From: Chrysemys picta bellii
Lineage: Eukaryota
Reading direction: 5' to 3'
Assembly (NCBI RefSeq): GCF_011386835.1
Contig: NC_088806.1
Coordinates: forward strand, 18,848,001 to 18,912,000
Length of the DNA stretch: 64,000 bases
Below the pieces are notes generated by a model that ran no database searches, was not told where the DNA came from, and saw only the letters and a program-made list of their open reading frames with translations. Positions 1 through 10,879 of the stretch are shown here, piece after piece. Within the stretch, counting starts at the first letter, position 1; each line of letters opens with the position of its first letter. The translations under genes and the position numbers were made by a program.

Positions 1-126
1 TGTGGATTCCTGGGGCTCAGTGCCCCGGAAAACTGCTTTTGAAAATAGTGTCAAACCTGCAAATCGTGCATCGTATGCTGTTAGGATTCTTCCTAAAATC
101 AAGCACTCCACACCATCGACCACAAA

Positions 127-377
127 GGGCTGGTCTGCGCTTAAAATGTAGATTAACAAAGCTATGTCTGTGCCAGCCTAACCCCGGTGTAGAATAAGCT
201 AGGGCAGCAGAAGAATACTTCCATCAACCTAGCTACTGTCACCTGGAGAGGTGGATTCCTACAGTGATGGGAAAACCGCTTCTGGCGGTGTAGGAAGTGT
301 CTACACTATGGCTCTACGGCAGCATGCCTGTGGCACCATAGCCTTGCCCTTGTAGCGTCCATAGTGTAGACAAGCCC
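127..377. mobile_element. Harbinger-like non-autonomous MITE (old copy)
   Basis: Ends GGGCTGGTCT...AGTGTAGACAAGCCC resemble the TIRs of the copies at 38941 and 63400; no clean TSD. Confidence 0.55.
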
Positions 378-634
378 TGAAGCTGGTTAAATGTAGCATT
401 GTGCCCAATGATGGCATAACTCTACCTCAGAATGCATTGGCCTTTCGGCATGTCTGATGACACAAGCATCTTAATTTTCCCGCTATTCAGCAGGGTCCTT
501 AGATGATTGATTTGCGTGGTCCTACTCATGGGTTTCAAATTAAGCACATGTTTAAGTACCTTGCTGAACTGGTGCCCCAAGCCTCATCAGTGTGATTTCT
601 GCTATTAGAGCGCTTCATTGATTCCTATACTGGA

Positions 635-762
635 AAAAAATACCATTCTGTGGTTTTCTGTTTACTTTTAATACGTTCCGTTAAGCTGATGAGATATATA
701 AGAACTACTGAGACAATAGATTTATAATAGACCTATCTAAAGCAGGCCAAACTTTCACACTT
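635..762 (+). repeat. 128-bp unique-looking AT-rich segment, copy A of an inverted pair
   Basis: Manual alignment to the reverse complement of 6462-6589: 5 mismatches in 128 bp. Confidence 0.9.
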
Positions 763-782
763 GACCACAAGAGAAATAACTA

Positions 783-872
783 CATCTATCTATCTAACCC
801 CATGCACCCCATCTATCAATCTATCTATCCCCATACACTCCATCCATCTATCTAATCTATTTATCTGTCTAG
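783..872. repeat. Degenerate (TCTA)n low-complexity tract
   Basis: Repeated TCTATCTA/CCATC units read directly. Confidence 0.8.
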
Positions 873-1019
873 GAACTAAAGTAGCCCTTGTCAATGTAGT
901 ATCTGCGAAGCACTCCCTTATGACAGTGTAATTCCATTGACTTGAAAGGAGTTATTCCAGAATTGCAGTCATTGCAGAGAGAACAGAATATGATCTATTG
1001 GCATCACTGAGACTTTACA

Positions 1020-1135
1020 CTGAACTCTTTGGGGCGGGGACTGTCTCTCACTATGTGTTTGTACAGCACCTAGCGCAACAGGGTCCTGGTCTCATTTGAG
1101 ACCTCTAGGTGCTGCCTTAATTCAAACAAAATAAA
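1020..1135 (+). mobile_element. L2-type LINE 3' tail fragment
   Basis: CTCTTTGGGGCGGGGACTGTC...GTACAGCACCTAGC motif, recurring at 9283, 9690 and 11155; family assignment from recalled L2 3' consensus. Confidence 0.6.
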
Positions 1136-1559
1136 CTAGTACAAATCTGGAGTGACCCACTGTGCTTCATTGGAGCCACTCCAGATTTACCTGGGCCTGG
1201 CATAACCTAAAGCAGAACTCGGCCTTGACTTTATATAACAAAATACCAGTGGCCAATTCTCCTCTAGCTTACATCAGTCGAAGTGTACTGGAGTTATTCC
1301 TGATTTTGTCATCATGCACGAGATCAGACTCAGGGCGCTCTATATTTGTCATCCTTTCACTGGCTTTGAAATGGGAACTGCAACCACTTTTATAAATGGA
1401 TTGAAAGCTCGTCTAGTTTCTCTGTAACTTAATTAAATATCCTCTCCATCATCTGCCAAACTGCTGCTTAATACGTTCTGGCAACAATCCTCTCTCCCAT
1501 GAATTGTAGCAGATATGGCTGGCAATGCAGGAAGGCTTATCATGTGATATTAATTACTT

Positions 1560-2840
1560 GAGCATAAATAACATTCTCCCTTATCTCAGCTTCATAATTC
1601 AGTGTTTCTGATGGGAATAAATTCATAATAATAAATGAGAGATAACAGCAAGGGGGTAGATCTGGGTCTAAAATGAATGACAGCTCTTGCAATGGCTGGA
1701 AACTGAAGCTAGACAAATTCAAATTAGAAATTACAAGATTTACAAAGGGATCTCACAAAACTGGGTGACTGGGCAACAAAATGGCAGATGAAATTCAATG
1801 TTGATAAATGCAAAGTAACACAAATTGGAAAACATAATCCCAGCTATACATATAAAATGATGGGTCTAAATTAGCTGTTGCCACTCAAGAAAGAGATCTT
1901 GGAGTCATTGGGGATAGTTCTCTGAAAACTTCCATTCAATGTACAGCGACAGTCAAAAACGCTAACAGAATGTTGCAAATCATTAAGAAAGGGATAGATA
2001 ATAAGACAGAAAACATCATATTGCCTCTATATAAATCCATGATATGCCCACATCTTGAATACTGCGTGCAGACTTGGTCTCCCCACCTCAAAAAAGATAT
2101 ATTGGAATTGGAAAAGGTACAAGAAAAATTATTAGGGGTATGGAACGGCTTCCATGTGAGAAGAGATAAGTAAGACTGGGACTTCTCAGCTTGGAAAAGA
2201 GATGACTATAGAGGTCTATAAAATCATGACTGGCGTGGAGAAAGTAAATAAGGAAGTGTCATTTATTCCTTCTCATAACTCAAGAACTAGGAGTCACCAA
2301 ATTAAATTAACAGCAGGGTGTTGTGAAGCCTATAACAGGGTTCAATAAAGAACAAGATAAGTTCATGGAGGATAGGTCCATCAATGGCTATTAGCTAGGA
2401 TGGGCAGGGATGCAAAGCCATGCTCTGAAGTGTCCCGAGCCTCTGTTGGCCAGAAGCTGGGAATGGACGACAAGGGATGAATCACTTGATGATTACCTGT
2501 TCTGTTTATTCCCTCTGAAGCACATATCATTGGCCACTGTTGGAAGACAGGATACTGGGCTAGATGGACCTTTGGTCTGACCCAGTATGACCATTCTTAT
2601 GTTAAATAAGGTGTACATTTTAACAGTGCGGACGATTAACCACTGGACCAAACTACCAAAGGAAGTGATGGATTCTCCAACTCTTGAAGTCTTCAGATCA
2701 CGACTGGATGCATTTCTAGATGATATCCTTTAGTCAAACACAAGTAACTAGGCTCAATACTGGGGTAACTGGATGAAGGTCTCTGGCCTGTGTTATATAG
2801 GACAGAGTAGATGAGCTATTATCTCTTCTGGTTATACAAT
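1560..2840 (+). mobile_element. Older CR1 3' fragment split by a younger CR1 (arms about 1560-1731 and 2604-2840)
   Basis: GCAATGGCTGGAAACTGAAGCTAGACAAATTCAAATTAGAAAT (to 1731) continues as AAATAAGGTGTACATTTTAACAG...AACCACTGG (from 2604), a contiguous CR1 ORF2 C-terminal pattern. Confidence 0.65.
1732..2603 (+). mobile_element. 5'-truncated CR1 LINE (ORF2 RT C-terminus plus 3' UTR), frameshifted
   Basis: ORF 1970-2173 has the CR1 motif [25 protein letters not shown]; ends in CR1-type ATTCTTATGTT tail; colinear with the copies at 25700 and 51638. Confidence 0.92.
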
Positions 2841-3289
2841 CTATGAGTCTGAAAGAGGAACAGATGCAGGAGGGGGACAATGGCCAGGTCTACTTTTTTC
2901 TAAGTATATCTTAGCAGCAGAGGCATTAGACAAAAATAGAAGGGTTTAAAAAATCCTGCACTGGGGAAAAAACAGTGGACAAAGGATTTTAAAATGACTT
3001 TGCTTGAGAAAAACAAGAGAAACCCCCCTCCACAAACCAAACCAAGCTGAACAAGGAAGACTTCACAGTAAGCAATTCTCTCTTTGTATCTCCTCTCACA
3101 GCTCATTAATTCCCCAGCATTAGCAAGGTGTTTCCTGAATATCCTGCCACAACGAGAAAAATGCAGGCGGACTAAAAAATGAAGCAAAAGCACACATTAA
3201 AAATGCCTTTGTCTGATCCAAAACTATTGTAATGATCACATAATGGAAACAAACAATTGAAATTAAATTTGTTTAGAATGGGGGGCCTG

Positions 3290-3850
3290 TGCTGGTGCAT
3301 GCTATGTGTATGTGGGGCTTGGGCTGTTTGTGTGAATGGGTATTGAGTAAGTCCTTGATTGTGCAGATTTGTGTATTGGGGTGGGAATTGATACGTACCA
3401 TGTGGTGTATTTAGGTGAATAGGTTTCCATGTTGGTATGGATGTGGTTGTGTACGCCTTGTGTTTGTGTGTGTGTGTGTGTGGCTACTGGTGTGTTTTGG
3501 TGTGTGCATAGGGCTCATGTACGTAGTGTATGTGGCTATTTTTGAGGAAGGGGTGTAAATACAGCATGTTTGTGGGGGATATTCAGGATATGTGTGTTAG
3601 TGTGAGTCCATTCAGTTATGTCATTTTGTTTATGTGTTGGTATGTTTCCAAGGTAGCAATAATTGCAGTGTTTGTTGTGTATATTTTTGTGTGTGTTTGC
3701 AGTGCGTGTAAGGTGTACGCAATTAGGAGTGCATATAGGAGTGATGTGTTTGTGTTTGTTGTAGTGTGTTATGTGATATTTTTGAGTGCATGTGGGGAGT
3801 AGATTGGTGTGTGGTACGTGATGCGTGTGCATGTGTGTGTATTGATGAAT
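3290..3850. repeat. TG-rich low-complexity tract including (TG)n at about 3465-3482
   Basis: Strong T/G skew; yields H/T-rich and V/C-rich spurious ORFs 3536-3862 and 3530-3802. Confidence 0.85.
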
Positions 3851-4944
3851 ATGGGTTTGCAAGACAGAAGTAGATCCATATTTAAAAGTTAATTACAACA
3901 AAGTTTGGGTCCATTATTCTTTGTTTCCATGATTTATTAACAAGTCAATTTTTTTATTTTTTATTTTTTTTATTTTTTGGAAGCACCAGGGAAATTGGTG
4001 GTATGTGCAGAAAGCGTGCTTCTGGGGAGGAGGTCCTCATTTATCTTCACAATCTTTTAAAATGCTCAATAAACCAAGGGTCTCCCTGGGGTGAACTACA
4101 GGGAAAGAAGAGAACAGAAGTAGCCAATGGCAGGGGTCCCCTTAAAGTCCTTTGGAATGGGGATGTTTTACCCTATGTTAAAAAAGAATTTAGTTTAGTT
4201 CACGCCTCTGTCTTCACTAGGTGAAATCAATCATCCAAAGTTTGGATCCTACCCGGCAACCTTTCCCTGTGTGATCCCTGGGAGTAGATCCAAGGAAATC
4301 TCCAGAGCAAGGGCTGTGAGATCAGCTCCTGTAGTTATACTTGATAAGCAATTTTCAGTTATCACATGACAACTGTATACGTGAAGGGAATGGTGATGAA
4401 GGGGCCTGTCTTGCCCTCAATCACAGGAGCCTGTTGTTGCAGAAGTGGCATGGTTCTATCACTACGCACCAGTGATGAGAACACAGGGTTGAATTTGGGG
4501 CTTCCTGCCTAGAACTGGGGGCAAAGGATGTCGGCTGAAGGGTCTTTGCGCCTGTGGAGGAAGGGTAGTGGGCTCTCAGAGGCTACTCCAGCCTCTAAGA
4601 TAGAGTAGTTTTCACAGAACATCTCAGGGACTTGTCCCTAAATAGCTTAATTCCTGCATTTTAAATGACACTGAAGATAATACATTAAATGTTCACCTCT
4701 GTAAACCTGGATTCCAAAGTGGACTAAAGGTGTAAATAAAATCAGCTCCTAAACCTCGCCCTACAAAACCCAAACCCATTTGGCATCATTATTAGTTCCA
4801 CACAGACGATTCTTCTTTGGAGATGAGCAGGGTTGGAACATCAAGAGGATGCTAAAGAGTGGGAGCTGAGAATGACCTGCAGAGCTGTGTGGAGAGCACC
4901 CAGGACTGGACTGCAGAGTCCTGCAGATCAAAACGGAGGTGCAC

Positions 4945-6003
4945 TGCTACAGACTAGGGACCAAGTAGTTAGGTAGGAATTCTGCAGAAAAGGACCTAGG
5001 AGTTAGAGTGGACAAGAAGTTGGATATGAGTCAACAGTGTGCCCTTGTTGCCAAGAAGGCTAATGGCATTTTGGGCTGTATAAGTAGGGGCATTGCCAGC
5101 AGATCGAGGGGCATGATCATTCCCCTTTATTCAGCAGTGGTGAGGCCTCATCTGGAGTACTGTGTCCAGTTTTGGGCCCCACACTACAAGAGGGATGTGG
5201 AAAAATTGGAAAGAGTCCAGCGGAGGGCAACAAAAATGATTAGGGGGCTGGAGCACATGACTTATGAGGAGAGACTGAGGGAACTGGGATTGTTTAGTCT
5301 GCAAAAGAAAAGAGTGAAGGGGGATTTGATAGCTGCTTTCAACTACCTGAAAGGGGGTTCCAAAGAGGATGGAGCTAGACCAGTGGTTCCCAAACTTGTT
5401 CCGCCGCTTGTGCAGGGAAAGCCCCTGGCGGGCCGGGCCGGGTTGTTTACCTGCCGTGTCCACAGGTTCGGCCGATTACGGCTCCCAGTGGCCGCGGTTC
5501 GCTGCTCCAGGCCAATGGGAGCTGCTGGAAGCGGCAGCCAGTACATCCCTTGGCTCGCGCCGCTTCCAGCAGCTCCCATTGGCCTGCAGCAGCAAACCAC
5601 AGCCACTGGGAGCCGCAATCTGCCGAACCTGTGGACGCGGCAGGTAAACAACCCGGTTCGGCCCGCCAGGGGCTTTCCCTGCACAAGCGGCGGAACAAGT
5701 TTGGGAACCACTAATCTAGACTGTTCTCAGTGGTACCAGATGACAGTACAAGGAGTAATGGTCTCAAGTTGCAGTGGGGGAGGTTTAGGTGGGATATTAG
5801 GAAAAACTTTTTCACTAGGAGGGTGGTGAAGCACTGGAATGGGTTACCTAGGGAGGTGGTGGAATCTCCTTCCTTGGAGGTTTTTAAGGCCAGGCTTGAC
5901 AAAGCCCTGGCTGGGATGATTTAGTTAGGGATTGGTCCTGCTTTGAGCAGGGGGTTGGACTAGATGACCTCCAGAGGTCCCTTCCAACCCTGATATTTTA
6001 TGA
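4945..6003 (+). mobile_element. 5'-truncated CR1 LINE 3' end, interrupted by a hAT MITE
   Basis: Peptide [21 protein letters not shown]...[37 protein letters not shown], then after the insert [44 protein letters not shown]; 3' UTR ends CCCTTCCAACCCTGATATTTTATG. Confidence 0.95.
5381..5713. mobile_element. hAT-superfamily (Charlie-like) palindromic MITE, 333 bp
   Basis: TIR CAGTGGTTCCCAAACTTGTTCCGCCGC... with near-perfect inverted right end; 8-bp TSD AGCTAGAC (5373-5380) / ATCTAGAC (5714-5721); the whole element is an inverted repeat. Confidence 0.93.
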
Positions 6004-6382
6004 AGAGTGGAGCAGGAGGAGATGCTACAGAGCCGGGGAAAGGAGCGTGGATGGAGCTCTGTGAGTACGTGTGTTACGAGAGTAGAAGACAAGAGGGGCA
6101 TGAATCTTGAGGGAGATTAATATTCAATATCTTGGATCAAATTTTAATACACACCTATGTTGAAAACAGGGACATGCACCTTAGATACTGCCCTAAAAGG
6201 CACCTACAACCCAGAAATGCTTGCACACCCCAAAACTCTGCATTGGCATTTGCCAAGCAGCTAATTATTCATGGACATACCAAGCTACCCGCATTGTAGG
6301 TGCAACTACCAAGTTTTTGCACACAAATGACTCAAATTACAAAGTGTATTTATGTATGCAGTGGTGGTGTAGCCCTGGTGGT

Positions 6383-6445
6383 CCCGGAAGAGCTCTGTGT
6401 AAGCCTGAAAGCTTGTCTCTCTCACCAACAAAAATTGGTCGTCTA
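6383..6445 (+). mobile_element. Penelope-derived repeat fragment
   Basis: GAAGAGCTCTGTGTAAGCCTGAAAGCTTGTCTCTCTCACCAAC, shared with 8128-8200 and 31271-31410; family name from recall. Confidence 0.55.
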
Positions 6446-6461
6446 TCTAAAGTTTATTTAG

Positions 6462-6589
6462 AAGTGTAAAAGTTTGGCCTGCTTTAGATAGGTCTATTAT
6501 AAATCTGTTGTTTCAGTAGTTCTTATATATCTCATCAGCTTAATGGAACCTATTAAAAGTAAACAGAAAACCACAGAATGGTATTTTTT
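6462..6589 (-). repeat. 128-bp segment, copy B (inverted copy of 635-762)
   Basis: Reverse complement aligns to 635-762 with 5 mismatches. Confidence 0.9.
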
Positions 6590-8077
6590 ATACCATTCGA
6601 TAGATTGGATAGATATAGATGGTGTGTATGGGGGTAGATTAGAATAGATAATGATGGTAATCAGGGCGAATAAGGTTACTCCAAATGAATATACACTGAT
6701 GTAACTGAGTGCAGAATTTGGCCCAATGGAACGACTACGTGAGTAAAAACTATGGACCAAATCCTGAGCTCTTTGACACCAGTATAAACCAGTAAGAATG
6801 AGGCTTTATTCATGTGAGGAGAGGAGTGTACAATTATGCTGTTCTATTCACATGCTATTTGAATGTCAGCCCACCTTTGGGCACTGGCAAAAGGGAATGC
6901 CAGGGCCATCTCTGCACATAAAGGTACACATGAGATGGTCATTTGCTAATGCCCAGGTTACTCGTCAGTCTAACTAACCCCTGGACTGACAGGACTAGCT
7001 CAGCAGACACAGCAGATGGATAGCCACATTAGCGCTTTTGACAGTGATTGGGGGCAGGTGCAGCCACTCAGCAGAAAGCTGAGCCTTTAAATTAGCGCTA
7101 CGCAAACACGCAGAGAAATAGCAGGGAAGAAACAGCCCCGCCTGAGCCATTGGTAAAGTAGCACAGAACTAAATAAACAAGTTTCCATTTGCCAAGAGAA
7201 ATGGCAAAGTTCAGAAGCTCCTGAATGAAGCTGTATAGAGTGCATCCAAAAACAATGGCCCAAGGAGCAAGGGTGGGGTCATGAGCAAGAGACAGCACAA
7301 TTGCTAGCGGTTCATTGAGTATCTATTGAATTTAATTGAATCTCATTTAACATTGAAAAGGAAGAATTGTAACACAGGGCGAATCCAAACCTAAACTGCT
7401 CCATTCTTTGGCTCCCTAATTTTTTATTGAAATACATATAAAGCGCCTACCCATTGTGAAACCCACACTGGAATATTAAATGGCCTGATGCTTTTTTTCA
7501 GTCATGCTGGTCCCAGTGCAATTCCGTTGATTTCAGTGACATTAGTCCTGATTCACCCCTGGAGTGCAGTGGTGCTAAATCAGATCCTCTGGGAGAAATC
7601 CTGGCCTCATTGAGCTCAATGGGAGTTTTGCCATGGACATCAATTGCGGCCAAGATTCCATCTTGTATTGGCCAAGGAGCACCTTCCTCTGTTAAAAACA
7701 TTGTTCCTTTCAGATGTTTGTAGGGTTTGTTTTTATGTCGTCTGTCAGCTTACCCAGCTCTGTCGATTCACCTCAATCCTGAGCTGCAACACGCTCTGTT
7801 CTTCCAGTCTTGGCTCCACACACACAGCTCTACCAGTGCTCCTCAATCCTGACCTACTGCACCCACTGCTATGCTGGTCCTGCTCCCCTTGCACCCGTAA
7901 TAACTCTGCCAATGCTCCTCATGATTGACCTGCCGCATCGTCTGATATTCCAGTCTTGGGTCCCCAGACAGCTCTGCCAACACACCTCGCTCTGACCTGT
8001 AGCATCTCCAGCAGTTTCTCCCCAGGAGAATATTAACCAGCTCAAATGATGTGGTGTTTTAGTAACATGCGCAAATA

Positions 8078-8237
8078 GGCCCAAATCCTCAAAAGTATTC
8101 AGACTCCTAACTTCCAGTGATTTCAACGAGAGAAGGCGGGTGAGGTGATATCTTTCGTTGGACCAAGAGACAAGCTTTCGAGCTTACACAGAGCTCTTCA
8201 GAAGTTAGGAGCCTAAATACCTTTGAGGCTCTGGACC
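8078..8237. mobile_element. Short palindromic MITE-like repeat with a Penelope-derived fragment (8128-8200, minus strand) in its centre
   Basis: Arm GGCCCAAATCCTCAAAAGTATTCAGACTCCTAACTTC pairs with GAAGTTAGGAGCCTAAATACCTTTGAGGCTCTGGACC; the central 73 bp matches the 6383/31271 family. Confidence 0.7.
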
Positions 8238-9282
8238 ATAGCCATTAGGCTAAGAAACCACCAAACTCATTGTGTTTGTGGCCTAAGGCATTTTGAGGTT
8301 CTGGTCACAAATGAGAGGCACTAATAACTTATTCAAAAATTTGCTCACATTTGCTTGTCTTAGTCCACAAGTTGCCACTTTGATTTAGATTTTGCATACT
8401 TAAACTGTTACAGAACCCTGGGCTAATGAAACATTCCACAAATTTCTGTTCTTACTCCAGTGGAAACCGTTCGAAACCAAATACTTTAGTCCTGCTGCTT
8501 TTGCAACCCAAACATCGCAGCATGGATGGAGCTAGTACATGAGAAATGACTGGAGAGCAAAACTGATTGGTCATTTTCGTTGCCTCAAGGCAAGAGAAAT
8601 GCACCATGGGAAAGCACTTCACTGGAACTGCTCATTGAGTAAGGTACTATTTAGCATGTGTCAAGATGGCAAAATGAGACTAAATATTGAGGTAATAGTG
8701 GCAGTTGAATGACAGTGAAAATCACAAGAATAGAAACAAATATGAGAAATATTAAATAACAATAGCCCCTCCCTGTGCTCATCTCTCACTGTTCTTCATC
8801 ATTTGTCCATCATTTTTATGCAAACAAGTGAGCAATGCAATCACTACTGAATTCACGCCCCATCTGCCTCCCTCACGCACAGCATCTGAGCTCAGCTGTT
8901 TCTGTTCCTCCCAGAATAGAAAGAGGAGAGACAGATGCCAGGCACAGACAGGGAGATTCTTTTCCTGATGGAAGGAAGCAAATAGAACCTCATTTGGGTT
9001 CTGTTCTCCCCAGAATGTGACATCTTTTCATTACCAGACAGGCCACATAGTTCAAGCAGTGATTAGCACAGGAAGGAAGTGGGAACTCAGAGATCATGAT
9101 TCAGGCAGGAGCAATTCCCCAAATGCCGCATGAAACAGTAGCAGAAAGAAGTGCATGTGATTGTATTGTGGCATATTTAATTTCACAATCTTTAATTTTA
9201 TTGATTCATAATTGTCTCTTTGTTACCCTGTGCTCTTCCTGTCTGTCTGCCTTACCGACCTGTGGTCTGCCATCTTACAGTT

Positions 9283-9390
9283 AGGTTGTAAGCTCTTTGG
9301 GGCAGGGACTGTCTCTTTGTTATGCCTTTGTACAGCACTCAGCACAGTGGGGCTCAGGTGTCCAGGTGCTACTGCAATATAAATAATAAA
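9283..9390 (+). mobile_element. L2-type LINE 3' tail fragment
   Basis: GTTGTAAGCTCTTTGGGGCAGGGACTGTC...GTACAGCACTCAGCACAGTGG...AATAATAA. Confidence 0.65.
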
Positions 9391-9480
9391 CATTTAGACT
9401 AATGATGAATTTGATGTGGTGGTTTGACTGAATAGCTAGCTTAGCACAGGGTGCTACAGCTGATTACATGTAGTGGCAAG

Positions 9481-9600
9481 GGTTGCTGTGTGGCTCAGTG
9501 GCTAGGCCAGCAGCTGGAGAGCTGGGTTCTGTTCCTGGCTCTGCCACTGACCTATTGTGTGACCTTGGGCAAGTTACTTTCTCTCTGTGTGCCTCTATTT
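9481..9600 (+). mobile_element. MIR/CORE-type SINE
   Basis: tRNA-like head (GGCTCAGTGGCTAG...GGGTTCTGTTCC) followed by core TGTGTGACCTTGGGCAAGTTACTT...CTCTGTGTGCCTC. Confidence 0.75.
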
Positions 9601-9689
9601 CTCTTCCTTTCTGTTCACTATCATGTCTACTTAGGCTCTGAGTCAGGAGAATACATGAGCATATGTTTAGCTTTAAGTCTTCCTGGCCA

Positions 9690-9770
9690 TTGACTGTAAG
9701 CTCTTTGAGGCAGGATGTGTCCCTTATTAGGTGTTTGTACAGCACCTAGCAAAATGGGACACTGTCCCAG
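9690..9770 (+). mobile_element. L2-type LINE 3' tail fragment
   Basis: GACTGTAAGCTCTTTGAGGCAGG...GTACAGCACCTAGC. Confidence 0.6.
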
Positions 9771-10744
9771 ACTGTAAGCTAGCCCTTTAAGGGCATCTGG
9801 GCTGAGCCTCACCTGTGACTGGTTTACCTCTCCAAGCAGGACTGTCCTGTGATAAGGGAGCCTGTGGTTAAGAACCTTGCCTGCTGGGAGATAGAAGGGC
9901 AGCCTGGAGGCAGTCAGGAGAGAGATGCAAAGGAGAACAGGCCTGGGTGTGAGTGTTTTAGTAGAGAGCGGGTGCTCAGCCAGGAAGAGGCCCCTGGAAG
10001 GAAAGGTTATGAGGTGCACAGGCTGACTGTTTAGAGTTGCAGGGCTGGTGATCTGTAGTGCAGGGTAGATGTAGATTCCCCTATGCTAGGACTGTAGGAG
10101 GTAGGGGAGCCATGGCTGTGAACAAGGAAAGAAGGGGTTAAGTCAGTGCTAGTAAAACATTGAAGCTCCTTCATAAGAGCACCACAGCAACCCACAAATG
10201 ACTGCTGAGAGGAGAAACTGAGGCTGGGAAGAGGCTTGAGGCCAGACTGGGTAAGTCTCTGCTACAGGCACCGATTTCAAGTGCGACTTCTAGAAGTGAC
10301 AAGAGTGCAGATACTTAATAGGGGAGGCCACATGGGTGGATATTAATGCAGGGCACAGAAAACATTCTGCTAGCACCACAGCTGTGTGCACCGTGCACAC
10401 CTTGTATATTGCTGTACTCGACAGCTTCAACACTTCAGATGCAGGCTAGTTGGCAGACTAGTGAAGTGAGACAATAACAACAGTCCACCTGTTCTGATGA
10501 GACTACCCACAAATATCTGAAAAGGAGAAACAAAAAATTGAGACCAGAGATGTGTATGTAACAATAGATGCATAAAAATGGTGAGCAAACAATGGTGCAG
10601 AACTAGGGATGAAAACGGACCAGGGCAGTAACTCATTAACATTTATCAATTTCATATTGCTGTAATATTTCTTGTAACTTACAGTGCTAATGGAAGCATG
10701 GAAAACTACTTCAGAAATCTCCATATGGAGAAAGAGGCACTTGA

Positions 10745-10860
10745 GGTTAAGACCCTGGACTAGGACTTGGGGATAATTTGGGTTCAATTTCCAGTTCTGC
10801 TACAATTCTATGTGACCTTGGGCAAGTCATTTAATCTTTGGGCCTCAAGTCACCTCTAAA
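10745..10860 (+). mobile_element. MIR/CORE-type SINE
   Basis: TGGGTTCAATTTCCAG...TGTGACCTTGGGCAAGTCATTTAATCT core. Confidence 0.7.
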
Positions 10861-10879
10861 CGAGAGTACAGGCTTGTTA

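Noticed and set aside
683-720. CTGATGA...GAAAC spacing in the 128-bp inverted repeat as a hammerhead ribozyme
   Set aside because: No convincing stem II, no correctly placed stem III/UH or stem I, and copy A has GAGA instead of GAAA.
3530-3862. His/Thr-rich and Val/Cys-rich ORFs
   Set aside because: Translation artefacts of the TG-rich low-complexity tract.
5008-5829. 273-aa ORF as a host gene
   Set aside because: It is CR1 ORF2 sequence reading through a hAT MITE and then out of frame; the paralogue at 37570 shows the uninterrupted state.
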